Shown one piece after another: positions 8,290-18,240 of a stretch of 35,716 nucleotides of DNA. The notes under the pieces are model-generated. The model made no database searches, was not told where the DNA came from, and worked only from the letters and a program-made list of their open reading frames with translations. The stretch is from Thermotogota bacterium (lineage in GTDB: Bacteria > Thermotogota > Thermotogae > UBA12178): positions 17,270-52,985 of the forward strand of contig DPRG01000003.1 in NCBI GenBank assembly GCA_003538775.1, read 5' to 3'. Position numbers and translations under genes: made by a program. Positions within the stretch are counted from its first letter, which is position 1. Each line of letters begins with the position of its first letter.

Positions 8290-9258
8290 ATGAAGGAAAT
8301 GACTTATCGCGATGCTATCAGAGAAGGACTCTGGGAAGAGATGAAGCGTGATGATAGAGTCTGCCTTCTTGGAGAGGACATCGGGGTTTACGGAGGAGCA
8401 TACAAAGTTACTCGAGGATTGCTGGACGAGTTCGGCCCTATGAGGGTATTAGATACCCCCATGTCAGAAGCCTTGATCGCCGGCGCTGCTGTAGGAATGG
8501 CGCTGGTTGGACTTCGTCCAGTGGCTGAAATCATGTACATCGACTTTGTAACTCTTGCAATGGATCAAATAGTTAATCAGGCGGCGAAGTTTCATTTTAT
8601 GACTGGAGGAAAGGTAAAAGTACCAATGGTTTTGAGAACTCAGGGCGGAACCGGACGATCGGCTGCTGCACAACATTCTCAGAGCCTGGAGGCATGGTTT
8701 GTACATATACCGGGACTCAAAGTGGTAATGCCAGCCACCCCGGCAGATGCCAAGGGACTCATAAAGGCTGCTATAAGAGATGAAAACCCTGTCATTTTCA
8801 TTGAGCACAAGGGATTGTACAACTTGAAAGGACCGGTACCGGAAGAAGAACAAATCATCGAGATTGGGAAGGCAGATGTAAAAAAAGAAGGAAAGGACCT
8901 ATCGATAATCTCTTATTCCAAAATGCTTCATACATGTCTTTCTGCTGCAGAAAAACTGGAAGAAGAGGGTATTTCTACAGAGGTGTTGGATTTGCGATCA
9001 CTTCGTCCGATGGACGACGAAGCGATAAAAAAGTCAGCAGAAAAAACCGGGCGTGTTCTCGTCGTGACCGAAGCTAACAAAACAGCGGGTACAAGCGCCG
9101 AAATATTTGCCAGAGTTACTGAACTGGTACCAAAAGCTCGAGTAGCGAGAATTGCGGGAAAAGATGTGGTCATAGGTTGTTCTCCTGTACTGGAAAAGTC
9201 CTCAATTCCTTCAGAAGAAGAGATCATAGAAGCGGCAAAAAAATTGCTGGAAAGTTGA
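8290..9258 (+). CDS. TPP-dependent dehydrogenase E1 beta subunit (AcoB/PdhB family)
   Basis: GEDIGVYGG, DTPMSE, RPVAEIM, AAQHSQS, DLRSLRP. Confidence 0.95.
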   Translation: MKEMTYRDAIREGLWEEMKRDDRVCLLGEDIGVYGGAYKVTRGLLDEFGPMRVLDTPMSEALIAGAAVGMALVGLRPVAEIMYIDFVTLAMDQIVNQAAKFHFMTGGKVKVPMVLRTQGGTGRSAAAQHSQSLEAWFVHIPGLKVVMPATPADAKGLIKAAIRDENPVIFIEHKGLYNLKGPVPEEEQIIEIGKADVKKEGKDLSIISYSKMLHTCLSAAEKLEEEGISTEVLDLRSLRPMDDEAIKKSAEKTGRVLVVTEANKTAGTSAEIFARVTELVPKARVARIAGKDVVIGCSPVLEKSSIPSEEEIIEAAKKLLES

Positions 9259-9274
9259 AAAAGGAGGGAAGGTC

Positions 9275-9538
9275 ATGACACACAAGGTTATTATGCCGTT
9301 ACTGGGTGAAACAATGGAGGAAGGCACAATTACCCGATGGCTAAAGAAAGAAGGAGACAGAGTCGAGCGTGGCGAGCCTTTGCTGGAAGTGGAAACAGAC
9401 AAAGCGAACCTCGAAGTGGAGTCGTTCTTTACAGGATACCTACGAAAGATTCTTCTTAAAGAAGGGGAAACAGCTAAGGTAGGAGAAGTTATAGCTTATA
9501 TCACCGATTCTCCCGATGAGCCAATTACGGAGGAGTGA
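9275..9538 (+). CDS. Free-standing lipoyl-carrier domain protein
   Basis: 87 aa, MPLLGETMEEGTITRWLKKEGD...EVETDKA with the lipoyl Lys; own SD (AAGGAGG) and own stop codon. Confidence 0.9.
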   Translation: MTHKVIMPLLGETMEEGTITRWLKKEGDRVERGEPLLEVETDKANLEVESFFTGYLRKILLKEGETAKVGEVIAYITDSPDEPITEE

Positions 9539-9542
9539 AAGT

Positions 9543-10163
9543 GTGAAGAAGGTTATCCCTTCGAAGATGCGTAAGATTATAGCTTCTACCACAGCCGAGG
9601 TTTTTAAGGAAGCTCCGCATTACCATGTAACAGTCAAGATCGAAGCTCGTGGTATCTTCGAACAGGCGCAAAAGAACGAAGTTAAACCCGTCGACGTGGT
9701 GATCTATCATGTCGCCAGACTCCTGAAGGAATACGAGTTGCTAAATGGCTACTGGCAAGAGGATGTCATTTACCTGTACGACGAGGTAAACGTGGGTTAC
9801 ATAGTTGCGGTGGATGACGGTATGTTGGTTCCTGTGATACGCAGGGCTGACGAACTCACAATCAAAGAGATTTATACAAAGAGGCGCGACTTTGTATCAC
9901 GCACGCTTGCTCACAAGCTGCTCCCAGATGAATATAAAGGTGGAACGTTCACCATCTCGAACCTGGGAATATTCCCTGTAGAAACCTTTACAGGAGTTCT
10001 ATATAAGAACCAGTCGGGATTACTCACGTTGGGCAGATTTACAACGGAAAAACCGTGTAAAATAACTCTTGTGTGTGATCATCGGTTGGTGGATGGATAT
10101 TACGCCGCGAGATTTCTTACAGAGTTAAAGGAACGATTGGAAAAAGGAGAAGAAAACACATGA
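9543..10163 (+). CDS. Dihydrolipoamide acyltransferase (E2), catalytic domain only
   Basis: MRKIIA, PHYH, GMLVPVIRRAD, GGTFTISNLG and catalytic DHRLVDG. GTG 9543 lies 7 nt after GGAGGAG (9529-9535). No lipoyl or subunit-binding domain. Confidence 0.88.
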   Translation: MKKVIPSKMRKIIASTTAEVFKEAPHYHVTVKIEARGIFEQAQKNEVKPVDVVIYHVARLLKEYELLNGYWQEDVIYLYDEVNVGYIVAVDDGMLVPVIRRADELTIKEIYTKRRDFVSRTLAHKLLPDEYKGGTFTISNLGIFPVETFTGVLYKNQSGLLTLGRFTTEKPCKITLVCDHRLVDGYYAARFLTELKERLEKGEENT

Positions 10164-11107
10164 AAGACGATGTGTTTCTTCTTGAGCGTGTCGCGTGGCT
10201 TTACCATGTTGCCAAAAAAACTCAACAGGAAATCGCAGATATGTTGAATGTCAGCCGCTCGAAAGTTTCCCGTATGCTTCAGGAAGCGGAAAGAAAAGGC
10301 ATTGTGGAGTCACGGGTAAAATTGCGTAACCACCAGTACTTTCCAGAAATGGAGCTCGAGCTAACCTCGCTGTTCCATCTTCGTGATTGTCTGGTTATAC
10401 CAACTCTTGAAGAGGACAGAGTTGGGTTCTTTGCAGACGCCGCCGCGCAATATGTGGAAAGAATCATCGAAGAAGGGGATATTCTTGGTGTAGCGTGGGG
10501 ATGGACACTGAAGGAAGTTTTCAGCAGGTTCAAAACGGAAAAGGACCTGTCTTCGATAACGATCGTTCAACTTCTGGGTGGACTCTCTTCGGAAGGCCCA
10601 GAAATGAACCTCTACGACATCACCCAGTACTTTCCCGGAGCCAAGCGCTACTATCTTTACGCCCCAGCGATTGTGAGCTTTCCAGAAACGAAGAAATATC
10701 TCGTAATAGAACCGCAAATTCACAAAGTCTTTGAAATGATGTCCAGGATAGATAAAGCGTTTCTCGGCGTTGGAGACATGAGTACTGAAGCTTCGTTACT
10801 CAAGGCCGGTTTTGTTACAGCTCAACAGATGAACGAGTTGATAGAAGCTGGAGCTGTAGGTGATGTGGTTGGACGTTACTTCGATTTGGAAGGGCGTCCT
10901 GTGAAAACAGAGATGGATGAGAGAATCATCGGTATCACTCTCGAACAACTTCGCAACATTCCGCTGAGAGTCGGGATTGCGTTGGGAGAACGTAAAATAA
11001 AAGCCCTCGTAGGTGCTCTGAGAGGTGGATATATAAACGCATTGATCACTGACTATGCCACTGCACTTGGGGTAATCAAAACCGAACGCCTTGGAAGGCA
11101 AAAGTAA
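10160..11107 (+). CDS. SorC/DeoR-family sugar-binding transcriptional regulator
   Basis: VAWLYH..TQQEIADMLNVSRSKVSRML HTH, GVAWGWTL, GAVGDV, LITD; ATGA overlap with the E2 stop. Confidence 0.93.
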   Translation: MKDDVFLLERVAWLYHVAKKTQQEIADMLNVSRSKVSRMLQEAERKGIVESRVKLRNHQYFPEMELELTSLFHLRDCLVIPTLEEDRVGFFADAAAQYVERIIEEGDILGVAWGWTLKEVFSRFKTEKDLSSITIVQLLGGLSSEGPEMNLYDITQYFPGAKRYYLYAPAIVSFPETKKYLVIEPQIHKVFEMMSRIDKAFLGVGDMSTEASLLKAGFVTAQQMNELIEAGAVGDVVGRYFDLEGRPVKTEMDERIIGITLEQLRNIPLRVGIALGERKIKALVGALRGGYINALITDYATALGVIKTERLGRQK

Positions 11108-11145
11108 AAGGAGTGTACGAAATTTCTAATATGTAAAAACAGATC

Positions 11146-12960
11146 TCAATCCTCGGTTTCACCTATCTTCAAAAGCGCCAGGAAAGCCTCCTGGGGTATG
11201 CTTACCCGGCCTATTTCGCGCATTCGTTTCTTTCCTTCCTTCTGTTTTTCGAGAAGCTTCATCTTTCGCGTAACATCGCCCCCATAACACTTGGCCAGGA
11301 CATCCTTTCTCAGAGCAGGTATGTCTTCCCTGGCTATTATTCGTCCCTTAGCCTTAGCTTGGAGAGGTATGCTGAACTGATGCCTCGGAATCAGATCCTT
11401 CAGCTTTTCCAGAATCTTCTTCGCCACTGGATACGCCTTGCTTTCATGTACAATGAAACTGAGCGCGTCCACCGGTTCTTTATTAACAAGAACAGTGACT
11501 TTTACAAGATCTGATCTTTTGAAACCTATGAATTCGTAGTCCATTGAAGCGTACCCTCTACTCACGGCTTTCAAGCGATCGAAAAACTCAAAGATGATTT
11601 CACCAAGTGGAACTTCGAAATTCATCACTATCCTGTTTTTACCGGCATTCTCAACTGAAAGAAACATGCCTCTTTTCTCGTTCTGAACCAGATTCATGAT
11701 CGGGCCCATATAATCTGTTGGAGTGATTATCGAAAGCTTCACGAAGGGCTCCTCCGTCCATTCAATCAGTGATTCGTCAGGATACTTGGCTGGATCGTTT
11801 ACTTCCACAATATCGTCGTTTCTGAGCTTAACGCGGTAAACAACGTTGGGAGCTGTTAGTATAACAGCGATCTCAAATTCCCGCTCAAGACGTTCCCTCA
11901 CAACATCCATGTGCAATAAACCCAGAAATCCGCATCTAAAACCAAAGCCAAGCGCTGGAGAATTCTCTGGTTCGAATACCAGCGCCGCGTCGTTCAGTTT
12001 CAACTTCTCAAGAGCCTTCCTCAGCTCTTCGTAATACTCGGGCAATCCGGGATACATTCCAGCATAGACCATCGGTTTGGGCTCTCTGTAACCAGGAAGT
12101 GGCTCTAAAGTGGGATTGTTTGCAGAAGTTATGGTATCTCCAACACGTGCGTTTTGAACTTCTTTTATACCAGCAATGATATAACCCACTTCACCAGCCG
12201 AAAGTGAATCAGCGGGAATCATAAAGGGCGAAAAAATACCTACTTCGGTCACTTCATACTCGTTCCCACTGGACATCATCATTATACGATCGCCGGGTTT
12301 TACAACACCTTCAAAAATCCTAACGTATACAATAACTCCCCTATACTTATCGTGTTTGGCATCGAATATCAAGGCCTTCAGAGGAGCGGAAACATCTCCT
12401 AAAGGTGGAGGAACCTTCTTTACAACAGCCTCCAAAAGCTCTTTAACACCCTGGCCGGTCTTTGCGCTAACAAGAAGAACCTCATCAGAAGGTATGCCAA
12501 GCAAATCTTCGATCTCGGATATCGTCTCTTCGATGTTAGCGTTGGGTAGATCGATCTTGTTCACCGCGGGAATTATTTCTAAATTGTTATCAATCGCCAT
12601 ATAGGTGTTGGCAACAGTTTGAGCCTCCACACCCTGAGAGGCATCGACAAGCAGTATCGCCCCTTCACACGCCGCGAGACTTCTACTCACCTCATAATAA
12701 AAGTCCACATGTCCGGGAGTGTCAATGATGTTTATCTCGTATCTGTTTCCGTCCTCAGCGTCATAGTACACCTTCACAGGCTGAGCTTTGATCGTTATAC
12801 CACGCTCGCGCTCTATATCCATCATATCGAGAAACTGCTCTCTCATCTGGCGCGATTCTATAGTTCCGGTAATTTCGAGTATCCGATCAACGAGGGTTGT
12901 CTTCCCGTGATCTATGTGAGCAATGATGCTTATGTTCCTTATAAATCTGCTATCGTATAT
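11146..12960 (-). CDS. lepA: Elongation factor 4 (LepA); start proposed at a non-canonical ATA
   Basis: [39 protein letters not shown]. The G1 motif [10 protein letters not shown] lies in frame upstream of the ORF-track ATG (12846). Identity is secure; the exact start is inferred. Confidence 0.95.
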   Translation of the reverse strand: MYDSRFIRNISIIAHIDHGKTTLVDRILEITGTIESRQMREQFLDMMDIERERGITIKAQPVKVYYDAEDGNRYEINIIDTPGHVDFYYEVSRSLAACEGAILLVDASQGVEAQTVANTYMAIDNNLEIIPAVNKIDLPNANIEETISEIEDLLGIPSDEVLLVSAKTGQGVKELLEAVVKKVPPPLGDVSAPLKALIFDAKHDKYRGVIVYVRIFEGVVKPGDRIMMMSSGNEYEVTEVGIFSPFMIPADSLSAGEVGYIIAGIKEVQNARVGDTITSANNPTLEPLPGYREPKPMVYAGMYPGLPEYYEELRKALEKLKLNDAALVFEPENSPALGFGFRCGFLGLLHMDVVRERLEREFEIAVILTAPNVVYRVKLRNDDIVEVNDPAKYPDESLIEWTEEPFVKLSIITPTDYMGPIMNLVQNEKRGMFLSVENAGKNRIVMNFEVPLGEIIFEFFDRLKAVSRGYASMDYEFIGFKRSDLVKVTVLVNKEPVDALSFIVHESKAYPVAKKILEKLKDLIPRHQFSIPLQAKAKGRIIAREDIPALRKDVLAKCYGGDVTRKMKLLEKQKEGKKRMREIGRVSIPQEAFLALLKIGETED

Positions 12961-12966
12961 CGTTTC

Positions 12967-13395
12967 TCACTCCTCTTCCATGGCCACAAGCGGTCTGAAG
13001 GTTTTGCCCTCTGCTCTCAACAATCTAACGCCTGGATCTGAAAGAAAGATCTCCACAGTGTTACAAACTGACGCCGAGAATAAATGCCCTCCAATAGCAG
13101 GTTCCCCAGGTCGTGAAAGTACCACATGCAAGTGAAAGAAAGGCTGTCCGTCTTTTAAGGAAAGATTCCCACTCAAACTCAAAAGCTCATACGCGCCTGA
13201 AAAGTTTTTTCTTTCATAACGCTGATTTTGAACATCGAACCACCCCAGTTCTACGTCCATGAGCATGCCTATTCCACTCAAGACAACCGCACTGTGGATC
13301 TTCAAATCATTAACAGCTTCATAGAGTTTTGCATAGAAATCTTCCCCATGGTCAAGTCTGATGAAAATCACTCTATCACCATGACTCAAAAACAT
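12967..13395 (-). CDS. PPC/DUF296 domain protein
   Basis: IRLDHGED, SGIGML, ELLSLSGN, HLHVVL, GGHL. Confidence 0.9.
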   Translation of the reverse strand: MFLSHGDRVIFIRLDHGEDFYAKLYEAVNDLKIHSAVVLSGIGMLMDVELGWFDVQNQRYERKNFSGAYELLSLSGNLSLKDGQPFFHLHVVLSRPGEPAIGGHLFSASVCNTVEIFLSDPGVRLLRAEGKTFRPLVAMEEE

Positions 13396-13410
13396 CTTTT
13401 TACCCTCCCA

Positions 13411-14253
13411 TCACAACTCGAGTTCATTCAATTTTTTCTGAGCTTTCACGATCGCCGAAATCACCACTGTCATCGTATCAAAGGCTTTCAAAACTCTTTC
13501 GAGTATTTCGACCGAAGAAAGCATCTCCTGTGCACCTTCATCCAGTTTTTCACTCGACGATGCCAACGATTCGCCAAGACCCGTCAAAAAGGTTCTATTA
13601 TCGTTTATGTATTCGAGAACCGAATCGAAAGATTTCTTCAAAACCTCAAACATATTCTCTATCTGTTTCAAACTCTCTATCGTCGTGTTTACAGAAGAGG
13701 ATATGTCCGATATCTTCTTTGAAATCTTCTCAGAAACATCAGAAGCCTCCACTGCAAGCTTCTGTACCTCTGAAGCCACTACAGCAAAACCACGTCCATG
13801 TTCACCGGCATGCGCGGCTTCGATCGACGCATTAAGAGCCAGTAATCTGGTCTGTTTCGCTATTCTATTTATACTCTTCACCATCTGCTCAATCTCAAAA
13901 AATGAATTCAACGTCGAAAAGGTCACTTCGAGAGCATTGGAAACATCCGAACCCATGCTTTCAAGATTGGTTCCTGAAGCTTCAAGATCAGCAACAAGTT
14001 CACGGCTGATTTGATCGACAGTTGTGATCTTCTCCCGGGATTCTCCGATTTGATAACGGAAAGTGCTAGAAAGTTCCTCCATCTGATAAGAAAGGGCTTT
14101 GAACTCTTCTTTGACTTTTTGAAGCTCCCTTTGCACATCTGCAACCCTTCGAATCAGAACCTCATCGAGTTGCTCCATGAACGATGTCAAAAGCTTTTCG
14201 GCAAAAAAGGCCGAAGACATCTTTTTCAATACATTCACATTCACCTTAATCAC
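13411..14253 (-). CDS. Soluble methyl-accepting chemotaxis protein (signalling domain only, Tm14-like)
   Basis: [37 protein letters not shown]; no transmembrane or sensory domain. Confidence 0.93.
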   Translation of the reverse strand: MIKVNVNVLKKMSSAFFAEKLLTSFMEQLDEVLIRRVADVQRELQKVKEEFKALSYQMEELSSTFRYQIGESREKITTVDQISRELVADLEASGTNLESMGSDVSNALEVTFSTLNSFFEIEQMVKSINRIAKQTRLLALNASIEAAHAGEHGRGFAVVASEVQKLAVEASDVSEKISKKISDISSSVNTTIESLKQIENMFEVLKKSFDSVLEYINDNRTFLTGLGESLASSSEKLDEGAQEMLSSVEILERVLKAFDTMTVVISAIVKAQKKLNELEL

Positions 14254-15026
14254 CCACCGTGTCGTCCATATATCTCATCGATGTAATCTAATCCTCCGCG
14301 AACGTTTCTGAACCATTCTAGAAATTTTCGAACGTTTTCTCCTGTGAAAACCGCTCCGTGCTGTGGTGCTATAGCGTCGATTTTAAAGCGGGAAACCATA
14401 TCCACCCATTTTCTGCACAGCGCGCTGGATGTCATATATCTTCTGTGAAAACCTTCCATATACCGCACATGTTCTTCGAAGTCATCGACAATCTGATACC
14501 TTTTCCCTCTTGGGAAAACCGCCACACCTATGTCACCAGAGAAAAGGATCCTGGCAACGGGGTCATAAAGTACAAAGTTACCAGTGGAATGGAGAAAATG
14601 AGCGGGCAATATCCTGAGCTCGACTCCACTTCTCAAACTTATGGACATCCCGTTATCTGGGATGGGAACAACCTTGTCTGCATCGAAGATTCCAAAATGT
14701 GGCAAAAACCTCGTCCACAGCGCGGAAATATAAACTTTTGAGTTCTCACACATCGAAAGCCAGAGCATTATTCCAGAAACTACATCAGGGTCTTGATGGG
14801 TGTAAAAGATATGATACACGTTATCCAACGCCAGCTGTTCTGCAACATTTGCCAGCACCCGAGGAAAAACATGTGCGCCTCCTGGATCAAGAAGAACACC
14901 TTCGTTGTTATCCACTATTAGATACTGATTTGTCTGTACTATCCCCTCTTCCTCGGCTTCTTCCCACCCAAGCATTAAAAATTTGTGTTTTCCGTCGTCA
15001 TAAAGCACTCTTGTTTCAAAAACCAT
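14250..15026 (-). CDS. Oxygen-binding di-iron protein (ODP), metallo-beta-lactamase fold
   Basis: NQYLI, LLDPGG, THQDPD, AHFLHS, FSGD, PQHG; directly upstream of and overlapping a soluble MCP. Start at 15026 follows GGAGGTGGAGG. Confidence 0.85.
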   Translation of the reverse strand: MVFETRVLYDDGKHKFLMLGWEEAEEEGIVQTNQYLIVDNNEGVLLDPGGAHVFPRVLANVAEQLALDNVYHIFYTHQDPDVVSGIMLWLSMCENSKVYISALWTRFLPHFGIFDADKVVPIPDNGMSISLRSGVELRILPAHFLHSTGNFVLYDPVARILFSGDIGVAVFPRGKRYQIVDDFEEHVRYMEGFHRRYMTSSALCRKWVDMVSRFKIDAIAPQHGAVFTGENVRKFLEWFRNVRGGLDYIDEIYGRHGG

Positions 15027-15684
15027 TGCCTCCACCTCCGGGTATCTGTGGGAACTTTCTGGCCACGGTTTCTCCAAAGGCAAAATTCGTGATTCTAACT
15101 CGCATATATTCGTTTTCCAGACTATTGTATACGTTGAATTCTTCGAGCATATACTTGCCATCGCGCTCTGCTATTACAAGTTCCACAATGGAATAGTCTA
15201 TACCAAGAAGCGAGAGTACTCTCCTTGTCTTGGGAAGTAATCGGATTTTGTACACATTCCCTTCCCGTATCATCGACTCGGTTTCGAAGGCGTCTTCTCT
15301 TGCGAAAACCGAAAGAACGTCCGTGACATTTTTGATCACCGCAAGATACTCCTCCGCACCCGGAAATACGTCTTCCGTGTCCTTATAGCGAGTTATCAGG
15401 GTATGTTTCTGAGATATGTAAACAAGCTCTATATCAGACACCACCGTGGGTTCAAGGAACTTTATATAAAAGTCTGAACCGTTTCGGATTATCACGTCCA
15501 CCGCAATGCTTGTATCAACGAATCCCCCTTCAACATCCCTCACGTGAAAATCGATGTACAGAGTGAAGCTGTAATCCCTCACGCCAGCAAACTGCAGAAG
15601 AAAATCTCTCAGAATGAGGGTGTTGGCCTGTGAAAAAACAGGAAACATCAATATGAAGAAGATGAATACGCACCGCCGTCTCAT
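15016..15684 (-). CDS. Exported hypothetical protein, possibly LolA-like beta fold
   Basis: N-terminal signal peptide, alternating beta-strand pattern, FYIKFLEP segment; overlaps both neighbours. Confidence 0.6.
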   Translation of the reverse strand: MRRRCVFIFFILMFPVFSQANTLILRDFLLQFAGVRDYSFTLYIDFHVRDVEGGFVDTSIAVDVIIRNGSDFYIKFLEPTVVSDIELVYISQKHTLITRYKDTEDVFPGAEEYLAVIKNVTDVLSVFAREDAFETESMIREGNVYKIRLLPKTRRVLSLLGIDYSIVELVIAERDGKYMLEEFNVYNSLENEYMRVRITNFAFGETVARKFPQIPGGGGNGF

Positions 15685-16709
15685 CTTAAACTGGTCAGTC
15701 TCTCCTTAGGTGAAACTATCTCCGTAATTCTAACGGCAAAGTTCTCATCCACGACCACTACTTCTCCTCGAGCTATGATTCGACCGTTAACCAGAACATC
15801 TACTGGTTCGCCCGTCAGTTTATCCAGCTCTATAATCGATCCGTTGTAAAGCTCAAGAACCTGCTTCAAAGTCATCTTCGTTCTTCCAAGTTCGACGGAT
15901 ACGGTCAGAGGAACGTCAAGAAGAAGCTCGAGTTTGCTCATATCGTGCTGGGATATTTCCGATGGCTGTAATTCTTCAAACTCAACAGGAGAAACTTTCA
16001 CGGCTTTTTCTTTTTTCTCTTGAATATTTGAAGAAACGTCTGGCACGCTTTCTACGGTTTTCGAAGTAGTCTGAGGTTCACGAGATTCACCCGGAATATG
16101 CTGGGGAAGAACAAGGAAAACTTTTCCAACTTCTCTTCCATCGAGTTTTACACTGTAAACTCCAAAAGAGACAGTAGAAGTGGCGAACAACTCCTCCACT
16201 TTTTTAGTGCAATTTTCAGATTTAGAAGCTTCCGTTACGGGAGGATCCATACTCACGGTAAGCGAAAAGGTTTTAGAAATAGACGTAGCGGCAGAACCCA
16301 TCATCTGATTCACAACTTCATTCAAGGCACTCATCCTGATCTCATCCAGTGGCGCCGACGCGTCACCAGTTCCACCAACCATGATATCGGCCAGAGTGGA
16401 CGCTAGAGTTTTCTCAAAGAAGATCAGAAAAGGAAAAGCGGTATCTTTCCATTTGATTTGAGTGGTGGAAGCAGCAGACTCCTCTGGAAGTCGTTTTATA
16501 AGTTCACCAACTTCAACTAAACGCTGTTCTTCCTTTGTAAATTCCACTTCATATCCTATCATCGCATTCAAAGCTGTTGAAAATCCTTCTATACTCGCAT
16601 CAACAAGCTTAGAGACATTTTCATCAATAGTCGCCTGTTCAGAGCTTCCAGATGCCAACCCTTTCAAAAGAGCATCGAGTTCCTCCTGACTCAAAAAGTC
16701 ATCACTCAT
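15681..16709 (-). CDS. fliY: Flagellar motor switch protein FliY/FliN
   Basis: [10 protein letters not shown] CheY-binding peptide, CheC-like motif [14 protein letters not shown]-terminal SpoA domain [15 protein letters not shown]...[14 protein letters not shown]. Confidence 0.92.
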   Translation of the reverse strand: MSDDFLSQEELDALLKGLASGSSEQATIDENVSKLVDASIEGFSTALNAMIGYEVEFTKEEQRLVEVGELIKRLPEESAASTTQIKWKDTAFPFLIFFEKTLASTLADIMVGGTGDASAPLDEIRMSALNEVVNQMMGSAATSISKTFSLTVSMDPPVTEASKSENCTKKVEELFATSTVSFGVYSVKLDGREVGKVFLVLPQHIPGESREPQTTSKTVESVPDVSSNIQEKKEKAVKVSPVEFEELQPSEISQHDMSKLELLLDVPLTVSVELGRTKMTLKQVLELYNGSIIELDKLTGEPVDVLVNGRIIARGEVVVVDENFAVRITEIVSPKERLTSLR

Positions 16710-17707
16710 TCCCAACCCTCCTTTTCGAGCTCATCGGGGTGGATCAATTTTCTAACTCTAACAGCGTTGTATCCTCTGAACTTTCCTAAGCGCCCAAGAA
16801 ACCTCGGTTTCCCCTGGACTCTTATGGTAACATCCTCGTCTTTCTTCGTGTTGAGCCTTATAACATCTCCTACCTCTAAAGTAAGAAGCTCTCTTAAAGT
16901 GAGCACACTTCTTCCGAGTTCCGCAACAAGTTCGACCTGAACTGTTTCCAGATTTTCCCTCAGCTTTTTCTTTTCCTCTTCACTTATCTCACCCTTTTTG
17001 ACAAACCAGGCCTGCGTTGAAAGCCTTTCTGCAAAAGGTTCTAACGTTGATGAAAGCCAGCAAACATTCATGAAAGCTTCAACGTTTCCGACAGAAACAA
17101 AGAAAGTAACCAGTAAAGACATCTCACTCTGTGGAGCTATCTGAACGAACTGAGCGTTTGTTTCAACACTTTCTACCGCGGGATTAAAAGAAAACACGTG
17201 TTCCCATGCGCTGCTGAGAAGATTGAGAACCACATTCACTTCTTTTCTCATAACACTCATCTCTATATCCGTTGGAGGTCGTTTGAGATTCCCCGTTGAC
17301 CCAGGACCCCCCAGCAGTCTGTCAACAATGGTATACACGATTTCTGGGTTTATCTCCAGTATAGTGTTCCCATGAAACTCCGGAGCCGAGAAAACCACAA
17401 TAAACGACGGGGAAGGAATGGATCGCAAAAATTCTCCAAACGTTATCTGATCGATGCTCGCGATGTTGATGTTCACAAACGTTCTCAACTTACCAGATAA
17501 ATAATTCGAAAGCGAACGAGCAAAATTCTCATGAACCATATCGAAGACACGTATCTGTTCCTTGGAGAACTTACTCGGCCTTCTGAAATCGTATTCTCTT
17601 ATCTTCTTCTCTTCTTCTTCTCTTTTGATTTCTTCTACGGACAGTTCGCCCGTACTCAAGGCGTTAAGTAATGCGTCTATCTCTTCCTGGCTGAGAATAT
17701 CAGCCAC
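16706..17707 (-). CDS. fliM: Flagellar motor switch protein FliM
   Basis: [31 protein letters not shown]. Confidence 0.97.
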   Translation of the reverse strand: MADILSQEEIDALLNALSTGELSVEEIKREEEEKKIREYDFRRPSKFSKEQIRVFDMVHENFARSLSNYLSGKLRTFVNINIASIDQITFGEFLRSIPSPSFIVVFSAPEFHGNTILEINPEIVYTIVDRLLGGPGSTGNLKRPPTDIEMSVMRKEVNVVLNLLSSAWEHVFSFNPAVESVETNAQFVQIAPQSEMSLLVTFFVSVGNVEAFMNVCWLSSTLEPFAERLSTQAWFVKKGEISEEEKKKLRENLETVQVELVAELGRSVLTLRELLTLEVGDVIRLNTKKDEDVTIRVQGKPRFLGRLGKFRGYNAVRVRKLIHPDELEKEGWE

Positions 17708-17719
17708 CGTTTCGCCTCC

Positions 17720-18235
17720 TCATTCAACACGCGAAATTGCTTTGAGACGGAGCGAAACCTGTAAAACTCCAAATTTTTCCTTCTCACCGATGAATCCGGT
17801 TATCTCATTGACCATATCCTTTATTTGTTTTTTCAATAACTCCCTTCCCGCAACCGAAGTCAGCTCCGTTTTCTCTTTGCTCAAAAAAAGTGTTTCCAGC
17901 GCGTCCAGTATTTGTAATCTCAAATCAGCAATAGATGCTCTGCACTCATCACTTCCCACCATGAAAGAAAGCCCATCAACAACTGCAACATCTTTTCCAC
18001 CTTTAAGCATGAACATCTCATTGCTACCTTCTACAATGAGAACCGCCTTGACATAAACAGGCTGAGCCGCCTGTGTTTGCTGTGATTGTGTCGTTTGAGT
18101 ATTGCTTCCCATCATTTTTATCAACATGAAGCTGACGCCAAAACTCAACCCGGCTGCCACCGCAGCGGCAATAAGTATCATGAGTAGAAAACTCGGTCCG
18201 GAACGCTCTGGTCTGCCACCTTCTTCGTCTGGCAT
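17720..18235 (-). CDS. fliL: Flagellar basal-body associated protein FliL
   Basis: Single N-terminal TM helix, GRELLKKQIKDMVN motif, position between motB and fliM. ATG 18235 follows GAGGTGA. Confidence 0.85.
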   Translation of the reverse strand: MPDEEGGRPERSGPSFLLMILIAAAVAAGLSFGVSFMLIKMMGSNTQTTQSQQTQAAQPVYVKAVLIVEGSNEMFMLKGGKDVAVVDGLSFMVGSDECRASIADLRLQILDALETLFLSKEKTELTSVAGRELLKKQIKDMVNEITGFIGEKEKFGVLQVSLRLKAISRVE

Positions 18236-18240
18236 AATTT

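Noticed and set aside
9510-9545. Programmed frameshift joining the lipoyl domain to the E2 core
   Set aside because: No slippery heptamer is visible, the downstream ORF has its own SD and GTG, and the linker and binding domain are absent anyway.
11108-11145. SD-like AAGGAGTG and ATG-TAA after the SorC gene as a scar of a lost gene such as E3
   Set aside because: Too short to support, the spacing is wrong, and there is no coding remnant.
12967-12969. Selenocysteine recoding of the TGA between DUF296 and lepA
   Set aside because: No SECIS-like hairpin was seen, and the position is not a Cys-equivalent catalytic site.
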